This document shows, one piece after another, positions 10,519 to 22,962 of a stretch of 51,019 bases of DNA. The notes under the pieces were generated by a model. The model saw only the letters and a list, made by a program, of their open reading frames with translations, was not told the origin of the DNA and made no database searches. Both the position numbers and the translations under genes were made by a program. The number at the start of each line of letters is the position of its first letter. Within the stretch, counting starts at the first letter, position 1. This stretch comes from Sphingomonadales bacterium (lineage in GTDB: Bacteria > Pseudomonadota > Alphaproteobacteria > Sphingomonadales > Sphingomonadaceae): assembly GCA_031425075.1 (NCBI GenBank), contig JANPIQ010000379.1, positions 1-51,019 of the forward strand. The letters are read 5' to 3'.

Positions 10519-11927
10519 TGCGATCTGCGGTTGCATTGCTGGCTCTGCTGCTCGCCAGCGGGTGCGCAACGACGGCTGTCCGGCCGCCTTCTGTGAGCAG
10601 TGTTACGCTGCCACCGGCGTTTGCCTATCAAGACGCCGAAGCCGCAGCGTCATCGGCTTTGGTTGCAGATCTGTTGCCCAACAATGGCGCCTATGCGGCA
10701 TTGCGTTCTGCCGCTGGCGATGCCCCCGATCTCGCCGCCGCAATGGCACGGATCGACGCGGCGCGTGCGTTGGTTCGCGGTGCAGGCGCGGCACGATTGC
10801 CTGCGATCAACGCCAGTGCAGGCGCTACAGGCTCGCGCGGCAGCCAGGCGGTCCAGCCGCAAAACCCGTTCTTCGACCGCGACCAGGCTTCATTTCAAAC
10901 CGGTATCGATGCCAGCTGGGATCTGGACCTGTTCGGAAGGCTCCGGGCCAATCAGCGTGCGGCTGCCGCAAGGCTCGATGCCGCAACAGCCGATGCCGCA
11001 GTCGTCAGGATTGCGCTCGAGACCGACATTGCCTCCGCTTTTATCGATCATGAAGACGCAGCGGCGCGCGAAGCGATCGTCGAACGCGACATTACCGATG
11101 CCCGCGACCTCCTCAGGCTGACAAGCATTCGCGCGCGCGCCGGGATCGTTCCCGGTTTCGACGCAGTTCGCGCCGATGCCTTGCTCAAGGATGCCGAAGC
11201 GCGCCGCCCGCCGCTGGTTGCGGCCCGGGCCGAAGCCATTGGGCGGCTTGTGGCATTGACCGGGAGGTTGACCCCCGAGGTGCAAGCCATGATGCCCGCC
11301 GCAGCGGCCAAACCACCAACTGGCGCGCTGCCTGCCGCCGTTCCCTCGATCCTCCTCAGCCAGCGGCCCGATGTCCGCGCCGCTGCGCTGCGGCTCGCAG
11401 CCGCCGATCAGGATGTTGCAGCAGCGGCGGCTGCGCGGTTCCCGCGATTGTCGATCACCGGCGCGCTTGGCCTTTTGGCATTGGCGGCAGGCGATTTGTT
11501 CGACGGCGATGCGTTGACCGCCTCGCTCGGCGCGGGGATTGCCGGCCCACTGCTCGATTTTGGCCGGACGGGCGCCGAACTGCAACGAAGTGAAGCTGTC
11601 GCGCGTGAAGCGTTTGCGCTCTATCGCGGCGCGGTTTTCCGGGCGTTGGGAGAAACCGAGGGCAACCTCGCCGCCCTCACTGCCGCTCGCGATCGATCCA
11701 CCGCCTTGGCAGCACAGGAACGCGTCGATGCCGATGCACTGAGCCTCGCGCGCGAACGCTACCGGCTTGGCCTGTCCGATTTCCTGACAGTCGTCGATTC
11801 TCAGCGCAATCTCAACGCAACCCGCCAATCCGCCCAGGCCGCGCGCAGTGACATCGCCCGCCGCGCAGTCCAGCTCTATCGAGCGCTGGGCGGCGCGACT
11901 GACGCACCTACCGATCCAGGCCCTTGA
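10515..11927 (+). CDS. Outer-membrane efflux lipoprotein (NodT/OprM/TolC family)
   Basis: Lipobox LASGC, ASWDLDLFGR, RPDVRAA and LYRALGG. Confidence 0.92.
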   Translation: MMRSAVALLALLLASGCATTAVRPPSVSSVTLPPAFAYQDAEAAASSALVADLLPNNGAYAALRSAAGDAPDLAAAMARIDAARALVRGAGAARLPAINASAGATGSRGSQAVQPQNPFFDRDQASFQTGIDASWDLDLFGRLRANQRAAAARLDAATADAAVVRIALETDIASAFIDHEDAAAREAIVERDITDARDLLRLTSIRARAGIVPGFDAVRADALLKDAEARRPPLVAARAEAIGRLVALTGRLTPEVQAMMPAAAAKPPTGALPAAVPSILLSQRPDVRAAALRLAAADQDVAAAAAARFPRLSITGALGLLALAAGDLFDGDALTASLGAGIAGPLLDFGRTGAELQRSEAVAREAFALYRGAVFRALGETEGNLAALTAARDRSTALAAQERVDADALSLARERYRLGLSDFLTVVDSQRNLNATRQSAQAARSDIARRAVQLYRALGGATDAPTDPGP

Positions 11928-12321
11928 CCTTCCCCCACTGGCGCGCGGCGGTGTAGCCAAGATAACCGGTGCCAAACAGCGCCCACAGCGATTCGGGGAT
12001 GCCTGCCAGATAGGCGTTCATCCCGGTCGAAATTCCCTTCGCCATATCGGGCGCGACGGCGGCGATCAACCCCATGGGTATTGCCCAGAGGATGATCGCG
12101 TACATGACATACAGAAAGCTCGGGCGCGCGCGACTTGTCCATGGATCGGTGGCCTGTGCCTCGGCCATGATAGCGGACAATTGCGCCTTCAATGCTTCCA
12201 TATCCTGGCTGCCTTCGAGGCGGAGCAACTCGAGCTTGGCGGCCTCTCTCGCGCGCGGATCGGGAATAATCTTGTCGAGCAATTTGCCGATGGGGCCGAT
12301 AATGGCTTCGATCATGGACAT
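11908..12321 (-). CDS. 3TM holin-family protein (GTA_holin_3TM-like)
   Basis: GKLLDKIIPDP N-terminus, DPWTSRARPSF, PESLWALFGTGYLGY..AR..K pattern with hydrophobic segments. Confidence 0.8.
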   Translation of the reverse strand: MSMIEAIIGPIGKLLDKIIPDPRAREAAKLELLRLEGSQDMEALKAQLSAIMAEAQATDPWTSRARPSFLYVMYAIILWAIPMGLIAAVAPDMAKGISTGMNAYLAGIPESLWALFGTGYLGYTAARQWGKVKGLDR

Positions 12322-12462
12322 ACGAACCTCATTTGGTTGTCAATGAGCTATTTATAAACCGTTCTGGTTCGTTGCTGCAACTGGTTTGTTCTATAAAAGT
12401 TTCGAATTATCCTACGCGCCCTAAGAACTTGCTGGTGCTGCGCGTCTTGCTACACCGCATCG

Positions 12463-14085
12463 ATGAGGGACATCGCGCTCGGTGGGATACTTGTGTCGGT
12501 CGACGCATTGCTGGTCGATGGCGGCGGCACTTCAGAGCTGCGACACGAGGATGTGAGCGGGGTGCATCGCCTGACGGTGCAATCGACCGGGGCGCCATCG
12601 CACGTCGCCATTGGCATTCGCTTGCGCATATCGGGCGCAACGCGTTTTCTGCGCAATGGCTATCATGGCTGGGATGGCAGCTGGTTTGCTGACATGTCCG
12701 AGCTGGCAAATGCTGGATCCTGCGACCCAGTCCGCACCGGACATGCGGTCACCGCGCTAACGCGCGCAGGTGGCGGCGTGGTGATCATCGGGTATGACCG
12801 CCATGACCGGTTCCAGTCGCGGCTTGGCTTTGATATCGACGGCGATCGGCTGATCGTTTCTGCAGAAACGCTGACCGATGCCACCGGCCAAATGGCGGGC
12901 GAAACGCTGGTGATTTTCGAGGATGACGATGTCGAAACCGGCTTGCAGCGCTGGTCGCAGATGGTGGCCGACGCCTGCCCCACCCCACCGCGCAGCCCTG
13001 TTGGCCGCGTTACAGGGTGGTGCAGCTGGTATAATCTCTATGCGCAGATTACACCCGACACGCTCCGCCAGCATCTTGCCAGCGCGCGCGAATTCCGCGA
13101 CCGGCATCGCGTGCCGCTCGATCTGTTTTTGATCGATGATGGCTTCACACCCGAAATGGGCGACTGGCTCGATTTCAAGCCACAATTTTCCGATGGCGTG
13201 AAGCCTTTGATCGCCGACATTGCAGCGGCCGGCTTCACGCCTGCGCTGTGGATCGCGCCCTTCCTCGTCGGAAACCGTTCGAAACTCCTTGCAGACCACC
13301 CCGACTGGGTGGTGGGCGACCGCGAAACCGAAGGCCCGCTCGTCGCAATGACCTATTATGGCGAGTTCCGCTGGCACAAACGATCCGAGGAATATTATCT
13401 CCTCGATATCACACACCCGGGCGCCGCAGCCTATATTGCGGACGTCTTTCGCACATGGGTGCGCGATTGGGGTGCCAAGGCCTTCAAGACCGATTTCATG
13501 TATTTCGGCATGGAACATGGCCCGGATCGCGCCCGGTGGCACACCCCGGGGCTGTCGCGGGTGCAGGTGTGGCGGATGATGGCCGATATCATACGCCGGG
13601 AAATCGGCGAAGTAGCGCTCTGGCTCGGATGCGGCGCTCCGCTCTGGGCATCGGTGGGCTATTTCGATGCCAACCGCATCGGCCGCGATTTAGGGGTCAA
13701 CTGGAATAGCGGCGAACAATCTGCCGCAAGCCTGCTGCGCGATCAGGTGAGCCGCAATCACGCGCACGGGATATTGTGGCAAGCCGACCCCGATTGCGTG
13801 CTGTTGCGCGACCGCTTTCATCATCTGACCGACACCCAGATCGCAGCGCTCGCGCATCTTGCCGCCAATACCGGCGGCGTGTTGATGACCAGCGATGATT
13901 TACGAGCGCTTTCGCCCCAGCGGCAAGCGCTGTTTGCAGCAATGCTTTCGGCCGATGTGACCGAGTGCCGGTTCCCTTCACTCGGCCTGACCTATCCCAA
14001 CAGCATTATCCAACGGTCGACGATAGACGGACAAACGATCACGCTGACGCTCGACACGCAGTCAGGCGAATACGAACTTGGCTGA
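12463..14085 (+). CDS. Glycoside hydrolase family 36 (alpha-galactosidase-like)
   Basis: GWCSWY, FLIDDG, LWIAPF, KTDF nucleophile region, RIGRD and ADPDC. Confidence 0.85.
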   Translation: MRDIALGGILVSVDALLVDGGGTSELRHEDVSGVHRLTVQSTGAPSHVAIGIRLRISGATRFLRNGYHGWDGSWFADMSELANAGSCDPVRTGHAVTALTRAGGGVVIIGYDRHDRFQSRLGFDIDGDRLIVSAETLTDATGQMAGETLVIFEDDDVETGLQRWSQMVADACPTPPRSPVGRVTGWCSWYNLYAQITPDTLRQHLASAREFRDRHRVPLDLFLIDDGFTPEMGDWLDFKPQFSDGVKPLIADIAAAGFTPALWIAPFLVGNRSKLLADHPDWVVGDRETEGPLVAMTYYGEFRWHKRSEEYYLLDITHPGAAAYIADVFRTWVRDWGAKAFKTDFMYFGMEHGPDRARWHTPGLSRVQVWRMMADIIRREIGEVALWLGCGAPLWASVGYFDANRIGRDLGVNWNSGEQSAASLLRDQVSRNHAHGILWQADPDCVLLRDRFHHLTDTQIAALAHLAANTGGVLMTSDDLRALSPQRQALFAAMLSADVTECRFPSLGLTYPNSIIQRSTIDGQTITLTLDTQSGEYELG

Positions 14086-14112
14086 CCCCTTGCCGGGCCA
14101 GTCGGCCAGATT

Positions 14113-14949
14113 ATGCTGCTGACGATGATATCCCGATGGCGCAAAGCCCTTTTGCGAGAGCCGCTCATCCATTTTCTGCTCGCCGGCCTTGCCATTTTCA
14201 TTTTTTCGGCCTGGCGCGGCGAACCCGTCGATCCTGCCAGCCGAACAATCACGATCGGTGAAAAAGACGTTTCGCGGCTCACTGCAGTTTTCGCGCAAAC
14301 CTGGCAACGGGCGCCACGGCCCGACGAAATCGATGCGATGATCCGCGAGGATATCAAGGACGAAGTCTATGCACGCGAAGCGATCCGGCTTGGTCTCGAT
14401 CAGGAAGATCCAATCATACGCCGAAGGCTACGCGCCAAGATGGAGTTTCTGGCCACGTCTGCCGTCGATGCCGCTCAGCCCGAAGAGGCAGTTCTTGCCG
14501 CTTGGCTTGCACAACATCGCGAACAATACACGGTCGGCACTGCGTTCAGCTTTGATCATATCTATCTAGGCCAAGATGGCGCGGGATCGGCACAGGCCAT
14601 TCGCGAGGCAATTGCTCGTGGCGCAGACTGGGCGCAGGCCGGTCGACCTCTGTCAATCGCTGCATCGTTCGAAAAGACAAGTCGCGAACAGATAGCGAAT
14701 GATTTCGGACCTGAATTTGCCGATGCAGTGAGAAAAACCAAGCCCGGGAATTGGCGCGGCCCCATCGCATCGGGATTTGGATGGCACCTCGTTCGCGTCC
14801 GCACCGTGACGCTTGGCGAACCCGCACGATTTGCCGATGTCCGGCAGGAGGTTGAAAACGACTGGCGCGCCGCAACTCGGGCGGCGCGCGAAGCCAAAGC
14901 CTATCAGACGTTGCTCGATAGCTACACCGTGCAGATCTCTCAGCCATGA
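14113..14949 (+). CDS. Parvulin-like (rotamase_2) peptidyl-prolyl isomerase domain protein
   Basis: REPLIHF N-terminal anchor, DPIIRRRL and GPIASGFGWHLV. Confidence 0.82.
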   Translation: MLLTMISRWRKALLREPLIHFLLAGLAIFIFSAWRGEPVDPASRTITIGEKDVSRLTAVFAQTWQRAPRPDEIDAMIREDIKDEVYAREAIRLGLDQEDPIIRRRLRAKMEFLATSAVDAAQPEEAVLAAWLAQHREQYTVGTAFSFDHIYLGQDGAGSAQAIREAIARGADWAQAGRPLSIAASFEKTSREQIANDFGPEFADAVRKTKPGNWRGPIASGFGWHLVRVRTVTLGEPARFADVRQEVENDWRAATRAAREAKAYQTLLDSYTVQISQP

Positions 14950-15923
14950 TCCGCTGGCTGGCGGCGATTTGCCTCGTGCTGCTCGCGACATCTGCCAGAG
15001 CTGACCAGCTCCGTCCCGCCTATCTTGAATTTACACAGATCACGGCAACCACCTGGCGGCTCGTCTGGAAAATACCGTTCCAGGGCGGCATCACACCACG
15101 ATCACAACCTGTCCTTCCCGCAGGGTGTGCCGTGATGCCCCTGCCGCAGCGCCAGCTGACCGCAGTCGCGCTCATCACGACGACAAACGTGCGCTGCACG
15201 GGCCTTTTTGGCAATGCACAAATCGGAGTGACAAACATCGAGAACGCGACAACCGACATATTGGTTCGCGTTGCACCGCTTGGCGGCCCGGTCCAGGCGG
15301 CGCGGCTCACTGCCAAAACCCCTTTGGTCGCACTCGCCCGCAATCCCGATCGCTGGCAGATCGCCAGAACCTATATCGGCATCGGCATCGAACATATCGC
15401 GTTCGGATATGATCATCTGCTGTTCGTGATCGCCCTGGTGTTGCTGCTTGGCAGGGTACGTCAGCTGGTTTGGGCGGTAACGTCTTTCACCGTTGCGCAT
15501 TCAATCACGCTTGTGGGCACGACACTGGGGTTTCTCGGGTTGCCCTCGCGACCTGTCGAAGCGTTGATAGCGCTTTCGATCGTGTTTCTGGCGGTAGAAA
15601 TCGTCAAGAAAGTGCCCGACCGCCCGCGGTTGTCCGAACGCATCCCTTGGGCGGTCGCATTCGGATTCGGCTTGCTCCATGGATTCGGCTTTGCAGGGGC
15701 GCTCGCCGAGATCGGCTTGCCCCAAACCGAACTGCCCACCGCCCTCCTCAGTTTCAATCTGGGCGTTGAGGCCGGGCAACTCGCAATTGTTGTTGTCACA
15801 ATGGCGATCGTTTCCGCCGTTCGCCGGTTTGCGGCCACCTTACACCCACCGGCGATCCGCGTCGCAACCTACGCTATCGGTATCTCCGCCAGCTTTTGGT
15901 TGATCGAAAGAATAACCGGCTGA
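14946..15923 (+). CDS. HupE/UreJ family membrane protein
   Basis: GIEHIAFGYDHLLF, FTVAHSITL, FGLLHGFGFA and FNLGVEAGQ motifs; ATGA-coupled to the PPIase gene. Confidence 0.88.
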   Translation: MIRWLAAICLVLLATSARADQLRPAYLEFTQITATTWRLVWKIPFQGGITPRSQPVLPAGCAVMPLPQRQLTAVALITTTNVRCTGLFGNAQIGVTNIENATTDILVRVAPLGGPVQAARLTAKTPLVALARNPDRWQIARTYIGIGIEHIAFGYDHLLFVIALVLLLGRVRQLVWAVTSFTVAHSITLVGTTLGFLGLPSRPVEALIALSIVFLAVEIVKKVPDRPRLSERIPWAVAFGFGLLHGFGFAGALAEIGLPQTELPTALLSFNLGVEAGQLAIVVVTMAIVSAVRRFAATLHPPAIRVATYAIGISASFWLIERITG

Positions 15924-15927
15924 AAAT

Positions 15928-16004
15928 TGGTCGGGACGACAGGATTCGAACCTGCGACCCCCACACCCCCAGTGTGATGCGCTACCAGGCTGCGCTACGT
16001 CCCG
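15928..16004 (-). tRNA. tRNA-Pro (GGG)
   Basis: CGGGACGTAGCGCAGCCTGGTAGCGCATCACACT-GGG-GGTGTGGGGGTCGCAGGTTCGAATCCTGTCGTCCCGACCA: 77 nt cloverleaf with T-loop GTTCGAA and encoded CCA. Confidence 0.97.
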
Positions 16005-16086
16005 ACCTTGCCAGCCGACGCACGAAGTGCAGCGGACATTGGACTACTTCGTGTTAGGCGCACAGCCGCGCAAGGGCAATACACGA

Positions 16087-16114
16087 TTGCGGCTGCGCAA
16101 AACCGGCCTATGTC
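16087..16114 (+). promoter_or_regulatory. Putative sigma70 promoter giving a leaderless recF mRNA
   Basis: TTGCGG-N16-TATGTC, 6 nt before the ATG, with no SD. Confidence 0.5.
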
Positions 16115-16120
16115 GCGGCG

Positions 16121-17188
16121 ATGGCCGTCGCGCGACTGACCCTGACCGATTTCCGCAGCTATACAAGCGCACTCATAGTGCCAGCGCCCGGGCTCAATAT
16201 CCTGACTGGCGACAACGGCGCTGGCAAAACGAATATACTGGAAGCGCTGTCGTTGCTTGCGCCCGGACGAGGTTTGCGCGGTGCGCCGCTTGGCGAAATG
16301 GCGCGCATCGGCGCTGAAGCTGGCTTTGCGATCGTGTCCGACATCGCCGGCAGTCGGATCGGCATAGGCACTCAGCCTCACGCGCCCGAACGCAGGGTGG
16401 TGCGGATCGACGGTGCCAACGCGGCGGCATCTTCGTTAGCCGAACGCATCGCTTTGGTGTGGGTCACCCCGGCGATGGATCGGCTTTTTGCCGAAAGCGC
16501 TGGCGACAGGCGGCGCTTTTTCGATCGGCTTGTCCTCGCACTCAACCCCGGCCATGCGCGAGAAGCGGCGCGATACGAAGCGGCGATGCGGCAGCGTAAC
16601 CGGCTGCTTGCCGCCCCGTCCCCTGCAGATCCGGCATGGCTCGATGCGCTCGAGACCCAGATGGAACTGCATGGCCAGGCCATCATGACAGCGCGCGCGC
16701 ATCTGATCACTGCGCTGACGACCGCAATCGATGCAGCCCCGACGGGACCATTTGCGCGGGCGCGGCTGACGCTGACGGGGTGGGAGGCGTCCAGTGGCTA
16801 CGCCCGGCGACTTTTGCAGTCGCGAAATGGCGACGCCGCAGCGGGGCGAACCCGTGAAGGGCCGCATCGCATCGATCTTGGAGTCGTCCATATCGACAAG
16901 CAGCAGCCTGCCGACCGCTGTTCGACCGGCGAGCAAAAGGCGTTGCTGCTGGGCATTGTGCTGGCGCATGCCGATCTTGTCGCTGAACAGCGCGGCATTC
17001 GCCCCGTTCTGCTGTTCGATGAAGTGGCAGCGCATCTCGATGCACGACGTCGGTCGGCCCTGCTGGCGCGCATCGGTGCCAGCGGTGGGCAAGCCTGGCT
17101 TACCGGTACCGATGGCGCGCTGTTTGCCGACGCACCAGCAAGCAGCCAGCATTTTGACGTGGCTTCAGGGGCGATCTTAGCCAGCTGA
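16121..17188 (+). CDS. recF: DNA replication and repair protein RecF
   Basis: [34 protein letters not shown] and [10 protein letters not shown]. Confidence 0.96.
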   Translation: MAVARLTLTDFRSYTSALIVPAPGLNILTGDNGAGKTNILEALSLLAPGRGLRGAPLGEMARIGAEAGFAIVSDIAGSRIGIGTQPHAPERRVVRIDGANAAASSLAERIALVWVTPAMDRLFAESAGDRRRFFDRLVLALNPGHAREAARYEAAMRQRNRLLAAPSPADPAWLDALETQMELHGQAIMTARAHLITALTTAIDAAPTGPFARARLTLTGWEASSGYARRLLQSRNGDAAAGRTREGPHRIDLGVVHIDKQQPADRCSTGEQKALLLGIVLAHADLVAEQRGIRPVLLFDEVAAHLDARRRSALLARIGASGGQAWLTGTDGALFADAPASSQHFDVASGAILAS

Positions 17189-17191
17189 GCC

Positions 17192-18031
17192 TTATTCGAG
17201 CGACTTGCCCTCATCGCGCAGTTTAAGCCCGGCTGTGAACAATGGCGTGATTGCCTTGGCGAAAGCGCCGGGTGGCATCCCAGAAAAATGCCGGAACTCA
17301 CGGTTAAGGTGCGACTGGTCGAAATAGCGCAGTTGCGCCAGTTCCTCTTCGCTTGGCGTGCTGAACCCCCGGAGTGCCGTTGCCATATCGAGAAAGCGAC
17401 TGCGGCGCATAACGGCCTTGGGGCTGATGCCGTAGCTTTGCAGGCAGCGCCGCTCGATCTGGCGGACCGATAGCCCCAATTCTTCGCTGATCGTTTCGAT
17501 CTTGCGCGCGCTATCGGTGCGCGCGATCGTTTCGAAGCGCGCCATTTCAGCGTCGGTGTGTGGTCGGTTAATCGCCGCGATTTGCCTGCGCAGCGATTGT
17601 TCGATGCCTTCGACAATGCCCCGATCATCGGAGGCAGCCACTATGGCCTTGTGCATCGCATCGGCCTCAGCATCCCAGGCGTCGGACAAATCGCACATCG
17701 TATCGGCAAAATGCGCCGCCGGTTGTGCAAAAAGCGACGTCCACGCGCTCGGGCGGACCGCAAACCCGGCGACGATGAAGGGACCAGTTACCCGCACGCG
17801 AAAGGGGCGGCTGTTGCCACCGAATAACACTACCGGCCCGGCCTTGGTCCATTCGCCCGGCGCAAGTTCGGCCGCCCAATCGCCTTTCAGCAAGATGCGA
17901 ACAAACGCTGTTTCAGACAGCAGTGAATCCTCGATAACCATATCATCGGGCAAATCGGCCTGAAACACATAGTGCCGACGAATATAGGGCAGCAAATCGT
18001 CATGCGGAGGATAGTTGCGCGAAAGCAGCAT
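17192..18031 (-). CDS. AraC-family transcriptional regulator
   Basis: C-terminal LGLSVRQIERR and YFDQSHLNREFRHFSGMPP helix-turn-helix signatures. Confidence 0.9.
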   Translation of the reverse strand: MLLSRNYPPHDDLLPYIRRHYVFQADLPDDMVIEDSLLSETAFVRILLKGDWAAELAPGEWTKAGPVVLFGGNSRPFRVRVTGPFIVAGFAVRPSAWTSLFAQPAAHFADTMCDLSDAWDAEADAMHKAIVAASDDRGIVEGIEQSLRRQIAAINRPHTDAEMARFETIARTDSARKIETISEELGLSVRQIERRCLQSYGISPKAVMRRSRFLDMATALRGFSTPSEEELAQLRYFDQSHLNREFRHFSGMPPGAFAKAITPLFTAGLKLRDEGKSLE

Positions 18032-18211
18032 CGTATCTTTTTCTCCCGATTATCGACCCGTGGTGGATGCCTATGCGCAAAACAATCGGATCATGCAACG
18101 CGCGTCCGAAGCAATGTGTGCCAAAACGCACCGGATCGGCGCATAGGCTTGTTGCGACACGTCATGCCCCTCATCAAGCCGATGTCGGATGCGCGCGCAC
18201 CGCTGCCATAG

Positions 18212-20782
<2,571 letters not shown>

Positions 20783-21050
20783 GTCAAAGACGGCGCGTTT
20801 AGTGGTCCGCCTCGCAACCGGAACCTGAAGACAAAATCAGCTCAGAGCACGCGATCATCTAACGGCCGACCGCTGACCTCGCCGTGTCGGCCGCAGCCAT
20901 AGCTTTGCGGCCTTCGCGCCCTAAGCGTGTAACGGGGTCCTTTCGCGTGCTGGAAGATTTGTCATTTCGCGCGAAGAATGCGAGGAACGCAAGGCAGATG
21001 CAATCTGCCGATCCGGCAGGCGGATGTCCGGCGACCTGCTTGACGATCAA

Positions 21051-21095
21051 GGCAAAGCAAAAGGGCGACTGCTGCCAGCCGCCCTTTGCTTTGTC
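21051..21095. terminator. Intrinsic terminator-like hairpin between gyrB and the exb operon
   Basis: GGCAAAGCAAAAGGGCG...CGCCCTTTGCTTTGTC inverted repeat just past the exbD stop. Confidence 0.65.
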
Positions 21096-21111
21096 GTGCG
21101 GTAGTCAGCGC

Positions 21112-21543
21112 TTAAAAGCCGCGATAGGCCTCGTTGCCGACAAATCCCATTTTCGAAATCTGTGCGCGCTTGGTTTGCGCCAGAACCTTGTCGACCATTT
21201 CATACCGTGCCTGCGGATCGGGCTGCATGTGCAGCTCGGGGATTGGGTCCATCGTCTGTGTCGCTTCGAAAAGCCCTGGCAGCTGCGACGCCGCAACCGG
21301 CTGACCATTCCACAAAATCGCGTCGTTGGGCGCGATGTAAAGGACGTTCTTGGTCGGCAGAATTTCCGGTGGAGGCGGGCAATTGGGCGCGCAATCTTGC
21401 GGCAAATCGATCTTCACCGCATGTGTTGGCGGCGGCAATGTGATGATGAACATGATCAGCAGCACCAGCATCACATCGATGAGCGGCGTTGTGTTGATTT
21501 CCATCATCGGATCGTCAGAACTTCCGCCTGCACTCATACCCAT
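21112..21543 (-). CDS. exbD: Biopolymer transport protein ExbD (copy 2)
   Basis: EINTTPLIDVMLVLLIMF motif. Confidence 0.93.
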   Translation of the reverse strand: MGMSAGGSSDDPMMEINTTPLIDVMLVLLIMFIITLPPPTHAVKIDLPQDCAPNCPPPPEILPTKNVLYIAPNDAILWNGQPVAASQLPGLFEATQTMDPIPELHMQPDPQARYEMVDKVLAQTKRAQISKMGFVGNEAYRGF

Positions 21544-21588
21544 GATCTATACTCCAAAATAATCGTTTTCAGCGTCGCGACCTGCAGA

Positions 21589-22068
21589 TCAACCCGCAGC
21601 AGCGGCGCCTGTTGGCGGTTCCGAAACAAATCCGACGCGAATGAAGCCCGCGCTCTGCATGATCGAAATCGTTCCTCCGATGCATCTGTAAGGCGTGTCG
21701 ACGTCGCCGCGAATATGCACTTCAGGGAACAGGTTAGGATCAGTCACATCATCGCCCAACCGGTCGGCTTCGTTCTTGAACTTCTTGGCGGCCTGATCGA
21801 GCAAACGCTGCGCATTGACGCGGACGCCTGACCAATACACGCCGCACGACCCATCGGCTTCGCCACGCACGGTCAGCTGGACATTTTCGGCCTTGGTAAT
21901 CGTCGATTGGAACCGCGTTTTGGTGATATTGATCGGCACTTTTTGAACCGCGACCGGGATCGTGATCAAAAAGATGATCAGCAGAACCAGCATCACGTCA
22001 ACCAGCGGCGTGGTATTGATGTCCGACATTGGGGCGTCTTCTCCGCCGCCGCCACTACTCATTGCCAT
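21589..22068 (-). CDS. exbD: Biopolymer transport protein ExbD (copy 1)
   Basis: DINTTPLVDVMLVLLIIF and IRGD motifs. Confidence 0.93.
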   Translation of the reverse strand: MAMSSGGGGEDAPMSDINTTPLVDVMLVLLIIFLITIPVAVQKVPINITKTRFQSTITKAENVQLTVRGEADGSCGVYWSGVRVNAQRLLDQAAKKFKNEADRLGDDVTDPNLFPEVHIRGDVDTPYRCIGGTISIMQSAGFIRVGFVSEPPTGAAAAG

Positions 22069-22147
22069 CGATAAATCCTATCTTCCGAACATCTTGAGAC
22101 CGGTTGGCCGGGCAGCCGTGAATAGGCAGGCCCGGCCTTTGAACCGA

Positions 22148-22915
22148 TCAGGCCTTGGCAGGTGCTGCCGCTGGCTTGGCCGCTGGGGCCTTGGTGGCAC
22201 CCGTGGTCACTGGTGGGCGAACCGCGCCATTCGACATCATGTAACCATGAAGCTGGTTGGAAAATGTCGCCAGCCGCTCCGCGATCACCTTGTTGCGGCG
22301 CTGTAGCCAGTTGAACCCCATCACAGCGGGCACCGCGACGATCAAGCCGATCGCGGTCATGTACAAAGCTTCACCAACCGGACCTGCGATCTTGGCAATG
22401 TCAGCCGAGCCTTCAGCTGCAATCTTGATCAGTGCGTTGGTGATCCCGATGACCGTACCGAGAAGCCCGATAAATGGCGAGGTCGATCCCACGGTGGCGA
22501 GGAACGGGAGGCCCGTGCCAAGCTTTGCGTTGACAGCATCCTGGCTGCGCTGGAGCGACGAATGCATCCATTCATGCTGATCCATCGGATCGGTCAGCTT
22601 GCCATGTTCGTCTTCGGCACGAAGGCCATCATCGACGACCTGACGATAGGCGGTATTCTTTTCGAGCTTGCCGGCACCTTCGCGGATGCTGGGCGAACGC
22701 CAGAAGTTCGGCACTTCTTCGCGGAACTGCTTCATGATCTTCGCCTGCTCGAAATATTTGGTGAAGATGATGTACCAGGAAACGACCGACATGATGACCA
22801 TGATCCCGAAGATCGTCCACGAAACCGGGCCGCCTTCTTCGAGAGCCTGGAGAAGGCCGAATTCAATTTTGGCGGCTTCGGTCGCGCCTGCGGTCATGAT
22901 GGTGAAATCGAACAT
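22148..22915 (-). CDS. exbB: MotA/TolQ/ExbB proton channel ExbB
   Basis: LATVGSTSPFIGLLGTV and GEALYMTAIGL; start MFDF after AGAGGA. Confidence 0.93.
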   Translation of the reverse strand: MFDFTIMTAGATEAAKIEFGLLQALEEGGPVSWTIFGIMVIMSVVSWYIIFTKYFEQAKIMKQFREEVPNFWRSPSIREGAGKLEKNTAYRQVVDDGLRAEDEHGKLTDPMDQHEWMHSSLQRSQDAVNAKLGTGLPFLATVGSTSPFIGLLGTVIGITNALIKIAAEGSADIAKIAGPVGEALYMTAIGLIVAVPAVMGFNWLQRRNKVIAERLATFSNQLHGYMMSNGAVRPPVTTGATKAPAAKPAAAPAKA

Positions 22916-22962
22916 GGAGCTTACTTTCCTCTGACAATTGGATGTGCGTGATTGATCTGGTT

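Noticed and set aside
11908-16004. Prophage or integrative element at tRNA-Pro
   Set aside because: No integrase, structural genes or att duplication seen; only the lone holin.
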